Source: Pseudomonadota bacterium
GTDB lineage: Bacteria; Bdellovibrionota; Bdellovibrionia; Bdellovibrionales; SG-bin7
NCBI GenBank assembly: GCA_034439715.1
Contig: JAWXAY010000086.1
Span: 1 to 26,805 of the forward strand
DNA: 26,805 nt
Reading direction: 5' to 3'
Under the pieces are notes generated by a model. That model made no database searches. It was not told the origin of the DNA and was given only the letters and a program-made list of their open reading frames with translations. Both the position numbers and the translations under genes were made by a program. Each line of letters starts with the position of its first letter. Position 1 is the first letter of the stretch. This document shows, in pieces, positions 1-7,546 of the stretch.

Positions 1-503
1 CCCTGCGACAGTAGGGCGCCCTGTTGCAAATTCCTAAGAGTTTTAACAAGAAAAAAATAACGCGAGCTTTGTTCGACACCGAGAGAATTCAAAGCTTGAA
101 CTACAATAGGGAGGGTATTACTGCCCTCAGTGGGAGTCACCTGAATCTGCAATAATTGTCCCAACGCAGCCTTTCCTAAAAAAATAGTAATTCCATGCAA
201 GGACTTTAACAAAAATGCAGCACGAGATTTTTTCTCCTCGGGATTACCACTATTCACCCAAGGGTTGGCGGCAATACTGTCTAAGAACATGAGACTCACT
301 GAGGCTGAACTACCGCCCGATTGAATTTGTGGAAGACCCATTTTTTCAACGAGATTGGCAAGCGCGCCCCAATGTGCCGGCTGCGCTTCACCGTTTCCCC
401 GGAGCGCCAAACAATAGGGCTCGGCATTGAGCTTTAAAGAAATCACAAATAATGTCACCAGAGTGACAATAAACCCTCTCGTAATCCTAATAGATTGACC
501 CAT
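1..503 (-). CDS. Secreted patatin-like lipid hydrolase (partial; runs off the left edge; not in the ORF track)
   Basis: Hand translation from ATG at 503 (GGAGGA SD at 511-516) is open to the window edge: MGQSIRITRGFIVTLVTLFVISLKLNA-EPYCLALRGNGEAQPAHWGALANLVEKMGLPQIQSGGSSAS... It has a signal peptide, a patatin-like oxyanion loop (LALRGNG..AHWGAL) and a GGSSA nucleophile elbow. Confidence 0.6.
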   Translation of the reverse strand, partial: MGQSIRITRGFIVTLVTLFVISLKLNAEPYCLALRGNGEAQPAHWGALANLVEKMGLPQIQSGGSSASVSLMFLDSIAANPWVNSGNPEEKKSRAAFLLKSLHGITIFLGKAALGQLLQIQVTPTEGSNTLPIVVQALNSLGVEQSSRYFFLVKTLRNLQQGALLSQ

Positions 504-587
504 AAATGTGTCCTCCGCGTTTTAATTCAAACTCAGAAGACAGACTGCAATTAGAGGACCATGATACGCAGGCGGGTACAGACTTCT

Positions 588-2516
588 CTAAAGTTGAACA
601 TCCCTGCCAACGATGGGTGGAAATCCATTATAGGCGGGCAGAGCCTTCCAGTCCAATTTTGTGTGGGACACTTGGATGCCCAAGGCCTTTAGGTACTTTC
701 CGAGAGCAATCAGTGGAAATGTCGGCGCATAGAGTGAATACTGCATGGTTGTTAATCCCGGATGTCCTGTTGCTGTCACTGATTGATCGACCCAACGACC
801 ACGTTTTTTGAAATTCTCTGTGAGCCATTTAGCCGCTCGCTGGGCGACTTCCGTGTTGGCCAAGCCACATTCTACCAAAGTAATTAACACCCACGCGGTG
901 TGAGAGGGCGTGCTTTCTCCGCATCCCGCAAGATGAGCTTTAACATACGAAGCTGGCGTTTCACCAAAGCCACCATCAGAATTTTGTTTCGAGGTCATCC
1001 AACGAATAGCCCTTTGAATATACGGCGATCTCGCATCTTCGCCTGAAGCCAATAGCCCTTGCACGGCAACGGACGTGCCGAATAAATAGTTCTGAGCCCA
1101 ACGGCCCTTCCAGCCACCAAAATCTGCTTGATTCTTTTTAAGGTACAAAATCGCCTTTTGTGCAATGGGACTGTTATATTTATTATAGCCGCCAAAAGCC
1201 ATGGCCTCTAAGACATGTCCGGCACAATCGTTTGATGAATAATCGAATAGCGATTCTCGGTCTTTATAATTTCGCAAGAAAAAATTAAGCAAAAAATTAT
1301 TGCGATTGTTTTGATTAAATGCACCCCAGCCACCATCATCATTTTGTCTTTCCATAAGCCATCGTAATGAACGAAGAGCATTTTCACGGTAACGGCCACC
1401 GACTTTAAACCACAAGTCAGTTGCTGAGCAGGTATCATCGACATCGGGTTCGTTTATAAAACCCATGCCAAAGGGCATTCCACCGTTGGGCGCTTGTTCG
1501 TTCACTATAAAATCTAAGGAATCACTGAGCTCACTCGCCGTAAAACCAGTTTCTAAGAGTGCTGTTGAAGTTAATATTGTGTCCCAGTTCGTGCCATCAC
1601 AAGTAATGCCGGTGTAGGCTCCATTACTGGGATTTAAGTAAAGAGTTTTTAAAAAGCTTAGGCCTAATGAAACAGCGTTTTCAATTTTTGCTTTGTGACG
1701 AGAGGAATTTTCAGAAAAATGGGACATCGCTAAGAGTGAAAACACAGTCGACGTGGTATATCCGCCCCAACAGCCCACCGGATTTTGTAAGCGTACAATT
1801 TTATTTATAAGCCAGCCATCGAAAAATTTGTTTGGCTTTTTGCTTTCATTGGGAACTGGTTGGGGGTTTGGTTTTAATTCGTCCAACGAAAACGCGGAAC
1901 CCAAGTCTTTGCTCATGCGGAGACTTTGCATGTAGGCAAAGGGCATCATGTGAGGCCGTGACCACTGAGAAAAACGTTTATAGTTCATAGGCACGAAATC
2001 CATAAATGTGATGTAGGGAGTGGCTGGCACTTGGTCCCACGATACAATTCTAAAAAGTGCTAACAAAACGATTGTAAAAATCTCGGCGTTATCAAGACCC
2101 CCTTTATTGTGGATAAAGGTGCGGGCCCTTTTCATGGGCTCAGAATGTGGAGCTACGCCCAATACTTTAAGTGTCCAATAGGTAATGATTGAAACATTGA
2201 GCTCACCTTCGATAAAATTCGCATCTTTAAGTTGGACCCAACCACCATCTGACAGTTGACGACTTAAAAGCAGTTCTTTTAAATAATCTTTGTCAATTCC
2301 AGAGTCTTTAATATTCATCCACTCGCACGCCAAAAAATACTGGCAAACGAAAAATGGGCCAAGGTATGCTGGAAACTTCCAGAAGCCGCCTTCACGTCGA
2401 AGCTTGAGGAGATTCTCTTGCCCTAAATGAATTGTCTGAAGAATGGTATTTTGCGCTTCATCAGAAAGCACTTTATCTTTTTGAACTATTGTTTTGTTGT
2501 CCGTTTCTAAATTCAT
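588..2516 (-). CDS. Class II triterpene (squalene) cyclase, squalene-tetrahymanol-cyclase-like
   Basis: 642 aa. QW repeats (RQLSDGGW, RQNDDGGW, QADFGGW, KQNSDGGFGE), catalytic PDVDDT (DxDD), WDT, RWAQNY, STPSHTAW and a C-terminal Y-x-x-Y...FPLIAL. Cyclase family is firm; the STC subfamily call is less so. Confidence 0.93.
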   Translation of the reverse strand: MNLETDNKTIVQKDKVLSDEAQNTILQTIHLGQENLLKLRREGGFWKFPAYLGPFFVCQYFLACEWMNIKDSGIDKDYLKELLLSRQLSDGGWVQLKDANFIEGELNVSIITYWTLKVLGVAPHSEPMKRARTFIHNKGGLDNAEIFTIVLLALFRIVSWDQVPATPYITFMDFVPMNYKRFSQWSRPHMMPFAYMQSLRMSKDLGSAFSLDELKPNPQPVPNESKKPNKFFDGWLINKIVRLQNPVGCWGGYTTSTVFSLLAMSHFSENSSRHKAKIENAVSLGLSFLKTLYLNPSNGAYTGITCDGTNWDTILTSTALLETGFTASELSDSLDFIVNEQAPNGGMPFGMGFINEPDVDDTCSATDLWFKVGGRYRENALRSLRWLMERQNDDGGWGAFNQNNRNNFLLNFFLRNYKDRESLFDYSSNDCAGHVLEAMAFGGYNKYNSPIAQKAILYLKKNQADFGGWKGRWAQNYLFGTSVAVQGLLASGEDARSPYIQRAIRWMTSKQNSDGGFGETPASYVKAHLAGCGESTPSHTAWVLITLVECGLANTEVAQRAAKWLTENFKKRGRWVDQSVTATGHPGLTTMQYSLYAPTFPLIALGKYLKALGIQVSHTKLDWKALPAYNGFPPIVGRDVQL

Positions 2517-3838
2517 TGGGTATCTCTCTGAAATACTGGCCGGCCAAGTACTGTTGTGAGGCCTTTTCGACTAATGCCCCAAAGATCAAAAAGTTCTGCC
2601 AGGCCGGGTTTGTCTTTGTCTATTCCCGCAAATAATCGCATGACTCGATTAGGTAACTCAGGCGCTAGCTTCCAAGTGTTAGTGACGTGCCGCGTGGTCG
2701 TTTTAAACAGAGGAGCCCGAGCAAAAAACAAGTAATAGAGACCCAAATTAACTATATCGAGTCTCTCTTGAATGGCACGAGTTTTTTCGGCATAGGCCTT
2801 CTGGGAATCTTGAGTTGATTTGGCAAGCGAGGTCGAAAAATCAAACTCATCTATGAGGTAATCGACGTGCTCCATGCCAGCACTAATTCCTTGGCCGGCA
2901 TAGGGCGTGGTCGTCGCTACGGCATCGCCCGCCAGCAAAAAGTTTCCTCCAAAAGAAGGTCCGAACCACATCTGATAAGCAGGGCAACCTAAAATCGGCG
3001 CCTCTTCATCCAACTCTCCTAATTTTTCATGAGGTCTTACATCATTTATTATTTTCTTAATACTTTTTGCCCATTGATCTTTGCCTACGCCCGGTCGATC
3101 AAGCGAACTATAATAGAGCCGCTGGCCGATACCGGGGAGTTCAAATGCAAAAAGAGTTCCTTCGCCGTAACTGCGAAACACTTGATAGCAGCCTTTTACG
3201 GGAGATTTTGTTGCGATCTCGGCACCAATAATATGTTCAGGAGTGGCGCCTAATAAAATTCGGCGATTTTTTGGGGCCTCTGGTCCTTTCATCCAATTTC
3301 TGACTTGCGAAGTGCGGCCATCACAACCAATGACCCATTTGGGTCTGACAAGAGCCGTGCCCCGCTCAGGGTGCCTCAATTCAAATTCTGGGCGGATTAA
3401 AAAATCTCGCTCATTATGATTGAGTGGTACAAGATTCGCACCGAGCCAAAAATCCTCGCCGAGGGTCTCGTGCGCTTTTGCTCGTAATTCGTTGACTAAG
3501 GTGTCGTGGGTAAAAGTTTTGGCAGAATGTGAAGCGGGATATTCCATCATAATATCAGAAATAACTTCATTAGAATTTTTATCTAAGTCGCGAAACCTCA
3601 AATTATGGATTGAATCAAATGACGGCTTAGTAAAAATAGAACCGAGTCCTAATTTCTGGAGAGTGGCAACGGGTTGAGGCTGCATGTACTCGCCCTTAAA
3701 AACCCGCCTTACCTTAGCTGACCTCTCGACAAGTAGCACTTCGAGCCCTTTTTTCTTGAGGCCGATGGCAAGGGGACCGCCGATGACTCCAGCGCCCACT
3801 ACGACAACGTCAGGACACAGTATTTTGGTATAAGCCAT
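2513..3838 (-). CDS. FAD-dependent monooxygenase, squalene epoxidase-like (group A flavoprotein)
   Basis: 441 aa. GAGVIG Rossmann motif, ER...GEYMQP (squalene epoxidase has GEFLQP), CDGRTS (DG motif), LLAGDA...PYAGQG (GD motif) and C-terminal IVNLGLYYLF. ATGA overlap (2513-2516) with the cyclase start. Confidence 0.75.
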   Translation of the reverse strand: MAYTKILCPDVVVVGAGVIGGPLAIGLKKKGLEVLLVERSAKVRRVFKGEYMQPQPVATLQKLGLGSIFTKPSFDSIHNLRFRDLDKNSNEVISDIMMEYPASHSAKTFTHDTLVNELRAKAHETLGEDFWLGANLVPLNHNERDFLIRPEFELRHPERGTALVRPKWVIGCDGRTSQVRNWMKGPEAPKNRRILLGATPEHIIGAEIATKSPVKGCYQVFRSYGEGTLFAFELPGIGQRLYYSSLDRPGVGKDQWAKSIKKIINDVRPHEKLGELDEEAPILGCPAYQMWFGPSFGGNFLLAGDAVATTTPYAGQGISAGMEHVDYLIDEFDFSTSLAKSTQDSQKAYAEKTRAIQERLDIVNLGLYYLFFARAPLFKTTTRHVTNTWKLAPELPNRVMRLFAGIDKDKPGLAELFDLWGISRKGLTTVLGRPVFQRDTQ

Positions 3839-3872
3839 TTGTTATTCCCCCGCCCCCGAAATTAGAGACCTC

Positions 3873-3901
3873 TGTATACTAAAAATAACTCACGGCGACA
3901 A
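3873..3901 (-). promoter_or_regulatory. Possible sigma70-type promoter for the monooxygenase-cyclase operon
   Basis: Minus strand reads TTGTCG-N17-TATACA, 35 nt upstream of the start codon. The -10 element lacks the final T. Confidence 0.3.
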
Positions 3902-3925
3902 TCGCTGAATTTTCATGGGAAATTT

Positions 3926-4702
3926 TTATAAAATTAGGCCCGTAAGGGTTTGCCATTCCCTAGGAGATAATAGATCTGAGCCAATTAGCAACACGGGGAC
4001 TTCATTAATATCATAGCGATTTTTCGGTTTATTGACTTCAGACGGTACCCAGCCCCTGGCCTTCGTTGTCTCTATCCATTGCTTTCTCAAATGCAGTGAG
4101 TTGCATATGAGAATGCACTCGTCTTTCTTTCGTTTTTTTCCTATGTGATTTTTTTCATACTCATAATGACTGACCACCCACGTGTTTCCCTGATTAACCT
4201 TTTTAATCTCTTGGGAGCCAATATTAACTGAGTATTTGTACTTCTTTTTTCCGGGTTCACGAAAGCTAAAGATCATATCTAAATTATTTTGGTTAAATTC
4301 TTCTTCAAGTTTTTCGAGTTCATAAACCTCCAGCTCTACCATTATCACTCCTGCGCCTTTAAATAGTTTTCGGCAAAATTCGCCTGCGATTAAGCCTAAA
4401 CCGTCTAAAGTTCCGATTCGCAAATGAGTGAGCATGCGATCTTCTTGCAAATGAATAATATCGAGTTCGAGTTTTCGCTCGGCGCTGGCATAAAGCTGGG
4501 CTAACTGAAAGGCGACGCTCATCCATCCTGACTTTCTTTTAGCTGTACGGTCCAAAATCACAATAGAAAGCTCATCCTCTACTTTCTTAACAATTCTCGA
4601 AAGTTGGGGCTGACTCATTCCAATGTTTTGGGCGGCAGAAGATAGGGTCGGAAAGTGAACCGCCCGACTAATCACACTAAGCTCCCAATGAATTTCTACC
4701 AT
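3926..4702 (-). CDS. LysR-family transcriptional regulator (short, divergent effector domain)
   Basis: N-terminal HTH TLSSAAQNIGMSQPQLSRIVKKVEDEL...LDRT, plus LRIGT. 258 aa; divergent from 4835..5299. Confidence 0.85.
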   Translation of the reverse strand: MVEIHWELSVISRAVHFPTLSSAAQNIGMSQPQLSRIVKKVEDELSIVILDRTAKRKSGWMSVAFQLAQLYASAERKLELDIIHLQEDRMLTHLRIGTLDGLGLIAGEFCRKLFKGAGVIMVELEVYELEKLEEEFNQNNLDMIFSFREPGKKKYKYSVNIGSQEIKKVNQGNTWVVSHYEYEKNHIGKKRKKDECILICNSLHLRKQWIETTKARGWVPSEVNKPKNRYDINEVPVLLIGSDLLSPREWQTLTGLIL

Positions 4703-4725
4703 TTCATATATGTATCAAATGAATA
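4703..4725. promoter_or_regulatory. Putative LysR binding site (T-N11-A dyads)
   Basis: TTCAT-N11-ATGAA (4703-4723) and an overlapping TAT-N7-ATA (4713-4725) directly upstream of the LysR start. The region is AT-rich, so a chance match is possible. Confidence 0.4.
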
Positions 4726-4834
4726 ATAATATATCAATTATGTATTGTATTTATACTTTAAATTCCTTTAGAAGCTATCTCATGAACGCTGGCTGAATCA
4801 GCGTCAATTAAACAAACCCCTTAAGGAGGACCCT

Positions 4835-5299
4835 ATGAAACTATTAATTACTTTATTAACCGCTCTTACTGCCTCACAAGCAATGGCCGATGGATTTACC
4901 TGTAAAACCTATGGTGATGATCTCACTATAAAAGTTTACAACAAAACTCAGCCATCTGAAGGAACACGAAATGCCGCTGTGATGGTCATTTCAGATTCTA
5001 ATATCTCTTACGGTCGCAGAACAATCGCTAAGTTTTCTGCTGAAGGCACTCTTGATAACTCAGGCGCCTCATACACTGCAGGTGTTGATCTTCGCAGAAT
5101 TGATAGTGATCGAAAAGGTGAAAACATTTTAGGCACAAAGCTTGGAAATGTTGATTCTATCAGCCTCGACGTCGATTTCAAATACAATGAGCCCGTTGCT
5201 CATGGAACAGTATTGCTTGGTCGCGTAACTATCGAAAAACGTAACGGCGATTCCCTTTCTGAGAAAATGGATTGTGTTAGATATTTAAAGTCTGAGTAA
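4835..5299 (+). CDS. Secreted hypothetical protein
   Basis: AAGGAGG SD; signal peptide MKLLITLLTALTASQAMA; two Cys near the termini of the mature chain; followed by a terminator. Confidence 0.85.
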   Translation: MKLLITLLTALTASQAMADGFTCKTYGDDLTIKVYNKTQPSEGTRNAAVMVISDSNISYGRRTIAKFSAEGTLDNSGASYTAGVDLRRIDSDRKGENILGTKLGNVDSISLDVDFKYNEPVAHGTVLLGRVTIEKRNGDSLSEKMDCVRYLKSE

Positions 5300-5325
5300 T
5301 CTCGTAAGTTTATTATAGGATAGGT

Positions 5326-5357
5326 AAAGCCAACCCCATAAGGGTTGGCTTTTTTTT
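5326..5357 (+). terminator. Rho-independent terminator
   Basis: AAAGCCAACCC-CATAA-GGGTTGGCTTT followed by a T run, 26 nt after the stop of 4835..5299. Confidence 0.9.
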
Positions 5358-5384
5358 GCGCAATTTAAAATAAAATAAATAAAA

Positions 5385-5424
5385 TTGACCATCGATATAT
5401 AAACATATATATATACGTTTATAT
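5385..5424 (+). promoter_or_regulatory. ArsR/SmtB operator overlapping a sigma70-like promoter
   Basis: TTGACC (5385-5390)-N17-TATATA (5408-5413). A 28-bp palindrome with one mismatch, ATATAAACATATATATATACGTTTATAT (5397-5424), covers the -10 element and the start codon. Confidence 0.65.
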
Positions 5425-5770
5425 GTTATCAAGCACATCTAAAGAGTATCAGGGCGTTCTTAAAAAAATCGCGAGTTTAAGAAAGTCCCCACAAGTTTTT
5501 TCTCTTTTGGCAGAGACCTTTCAGGCACTAGGTGATTACTCTCGGGTACAAATTTTGTGGGTTTTAACAAAAGGTGAACTCATGGTTGGGGATATCGCAG
5601 TCATGCTTTCTCTCAGCCAGCCAGTCGTTAGTCACCATTTACGAATGCTAAGAAATCTAAAGCTGGTACGCGCTAGACGACAAGGGCGCTCGGCCTATTA
5701 TTCATTGGATGATATTCACATCGAGCGACTACTTAATGAGGGCATTAAACATGTCGAAGAACTTATTTAG
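5423..5770 (+). CDS. ArsR/SmtB metalloregulator with alpha5-type metal site
   Basis: FQALGDYSRVQIL, SQPVVSHHLRMLR HTH and YYSLDDIHI...HVEE (D-x-H...H-x-x-E, SmtB/CzrA-like). Confidence 0.9.
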   Translation: MLSSTSKEYQGVLKKIASLRKSPQVFSLLAETFQALGDYSRVQILWVLTKGELMVGDIAVMLSLSQPVVSHHLRMLRNLKLVRARRQGRSAYYSLDDIHIERLLNEGIKHVEELI

Positions 5771-7532
5771 TTGGATACTTTTACTTTTTTTGAGTCTTGT
5801 TTTGGGGTCTCAAGCATCGGCGACTGCTAGTTCAGATAGTGAACAGGGGCGACTGATCGTACATATTCTAGACTATATCGCTAAGGATTACGGGGGAGCG
5901 GTTCAAGATAAAAAAATCTTAAATCAGTTTGAATATGATGAGCAAATAGAATTTGTGAAAGCGGCTAAAGAAAGCGTGCTGGCTCTTAAGATAGCGCCGA
6001 ATTTGAAAAAGGAAGTTCTGGATAGAGTAACGAGTCTCGCTCTCAAGATAGAAAACTTAGAGGACGAAAAAAGCGTGTCAACCCTCGCCTTTGACACCAA
6101 GGCACTGGCTGTTAAAATTTTCGCGCTACCCATCATTCCAGCAAGTGCCCCTGATCTTGCCAATGGCGCGCGTATATTTGCGGAGAAATGTGCTTCTTGC
6201 CACGGGGCAAGTGGCGATGGCAGCGGGGCAGCCGGCGCTGGGCTTATCCCCAAGCCCTCAAATTTTTTAGATGAAAATACCATGGAGTTCGCAACTCCCT
6301 TTTCGGCATTCAATAGCATCAGATTAGGAATCACTGGCACAGGAATGCAAGGCTTTAAAGATTTAAGCGATCAAAATGTATGGGACCTTTCGTACTATGT
6401 CGTATCTGTCCGATTCGCTGGAGCGGATTCCAGTTACAAATGGTTGGCGATGGCCACATGGTATTTATCTCAAGCTGAAAGTTACTATCAGTTAGGGGAT
6501 GCTCATTCAGCAAAGGCGATGGCAATTAAGGCCTATTTAGAGGGAATTGAGCCTGTAGAACCCAAAATTAAAGCAACTGATCCAAATCTTGTAGCTGAAA
6601 TTGAAGACGCCATGAACCAAGTGCGTGGCAGCATCAAAAACGCTGATAGCAAAGAACTCGTATCGAAAAAAACCTTGCTTGCCAAAGAGGTGATAGTAAA
6701 AATTCAGAAATCTTTTTCAGATCAAGAACTGACACCGGGAATGGCCTTTGCCTCTTCACTCGCAATCCTAGTGCGCGAGGGGTTTGAAGCTGTACTTATC
6801 GTTCTTGCATTATTATCCATTTTGCAAGCCGTGGGAGCTAAAAGGGCCTACATATGGGTGCATCTCGGTTGGGGTGCGGCATTAGTCTGTGGTCTTGGCC
6901 TTTGGTGGTTAACGGGGACCATTATAGATTTGGGCGGGGTGGGGCGTGAGAGTATGGAGGCCATTGCCTCTCTACTCGCAGTAGTTATTTTGCTGTACGT
7001 TGGTTTTTGGTTGCACAGTCAGACCGAAATTCATCGCTGGAAGGCCTTTATTCATAAGCGAACAAAAACCATTATGGAGCAGAAAAATCTTATCGGCATC
7101 GCACTAATTTCTTTTTTAGGTGTATTTAGAGAAGCCTTTGAAACGGTTTTATTTCTTCGCGCTCTTTGGCTTGAAGGCAACGAAAGTGCACGAGCCTCTA
7201 TAGTTGGCGGTGTAGCAACAGCTTTTGTGGTGGTGCTAGGACTCTCCTGGATTTTATTTAAGATGAGCCGAAAATTACCCATTAAAAAACTTTTTTTGGT
7301 CACCTCAAGCGTGATCGCGGTTTTGTCTGTGGCACTGGCTGGAAAATGCCTTCATGCCTTTCAAGAAACTGGCATGGTTTCGGTAACGGTTCTGCCATTT
7401 TCTTTTAGGTTCGAGATTTTGGGAATTTTTCCGACTTATGAAACAATGGCAGGACAGCTTTTGGTCGCGCTTCTGATTGTTGTCCTTTGGCTCTTGGGAA
7501 ATCGGGTTCCAGACCCAATTAAAGTAAAATAA
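5751..7532 (+). CDS. Cytochrome c / FTR1 iron-lead permease fusion (PbrT/EfeU-like)
   Basis: Start moved to ATG 5751 (signal peptide MSKNLFSWILLLFLSLVLGSQASA). HILDYIAKDYGGAV N-terminal motif, CASCH heme motif, REGFE and REAFE FTR1 motifs, multiple TM helices. Confidence 0.9.
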   Translation: MSKNLFSWILLLFLSLVLGSQASATASSDSEQGRLIVHILDYIAKDYGGAVQDKKILNQFEYDEQIEFVKAAKESVLALKIAPNLKKEVLDRVTSLALKIENLEDEKSVSTLAFDTKALAVKIFALPIIPASAPDLANGARIFAEKCASCHGASGDGSGAAGAGLIPKPSNFLDENTMEFATPFSAFNSIRLGITGTGMQGFKDLSDQNVWDLSYYVVSVRFAGADSSYKWLAMATWYLSQAESYYQLGDAHSAKAMAIKAYLEGIEPVEPKIKATDPNLVAEIEDAMNQVRGSIKNADSKELVSKKTLLAKEVIVKIQKSFSDQELTPGMAFASSLAILVREGFEAVLIVLALLSILQAVGAKRAYIWVHLGWGAALVCGLGLWWLTGTIIDLGGVGRESMEAIASLLAVVILLYVGFWLHSQTEIHRWKAFIHKRTKTIMEQKNLIGIALISFLGVFREAFETVLFLRALWLEGNESARASIVGGVATAFVVVLGLSWILFKMSRKLPIKKLFLVTSSVIAVLSVALAGKCLHAFQETGMVSVTVLPFSFRFEILGIFPTYETMAGQLLVALLIVVLWLLGNRVPDPIKVK

Positions 7533-7546
7533 CTCTAACAATTTCT

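Noticed and set aside
588..2516. Calling the cyclase an oxidosqualene (lanosterol/cycloartenol) cyclase because of the epoxidase-like neighbour and an NDCAGH motif
   Set aside because: The catalytic site is DVDDT, not DCTAE. NDCAGH lies at the downstream SHC DVTAH-equivalent position.
588..2516. Assigning the gene symbol shc
   Set aside because: The SHC hallmarks SPVWDT and GTGFP are missing and there is no hpn context, so the subfamily is unresolved.
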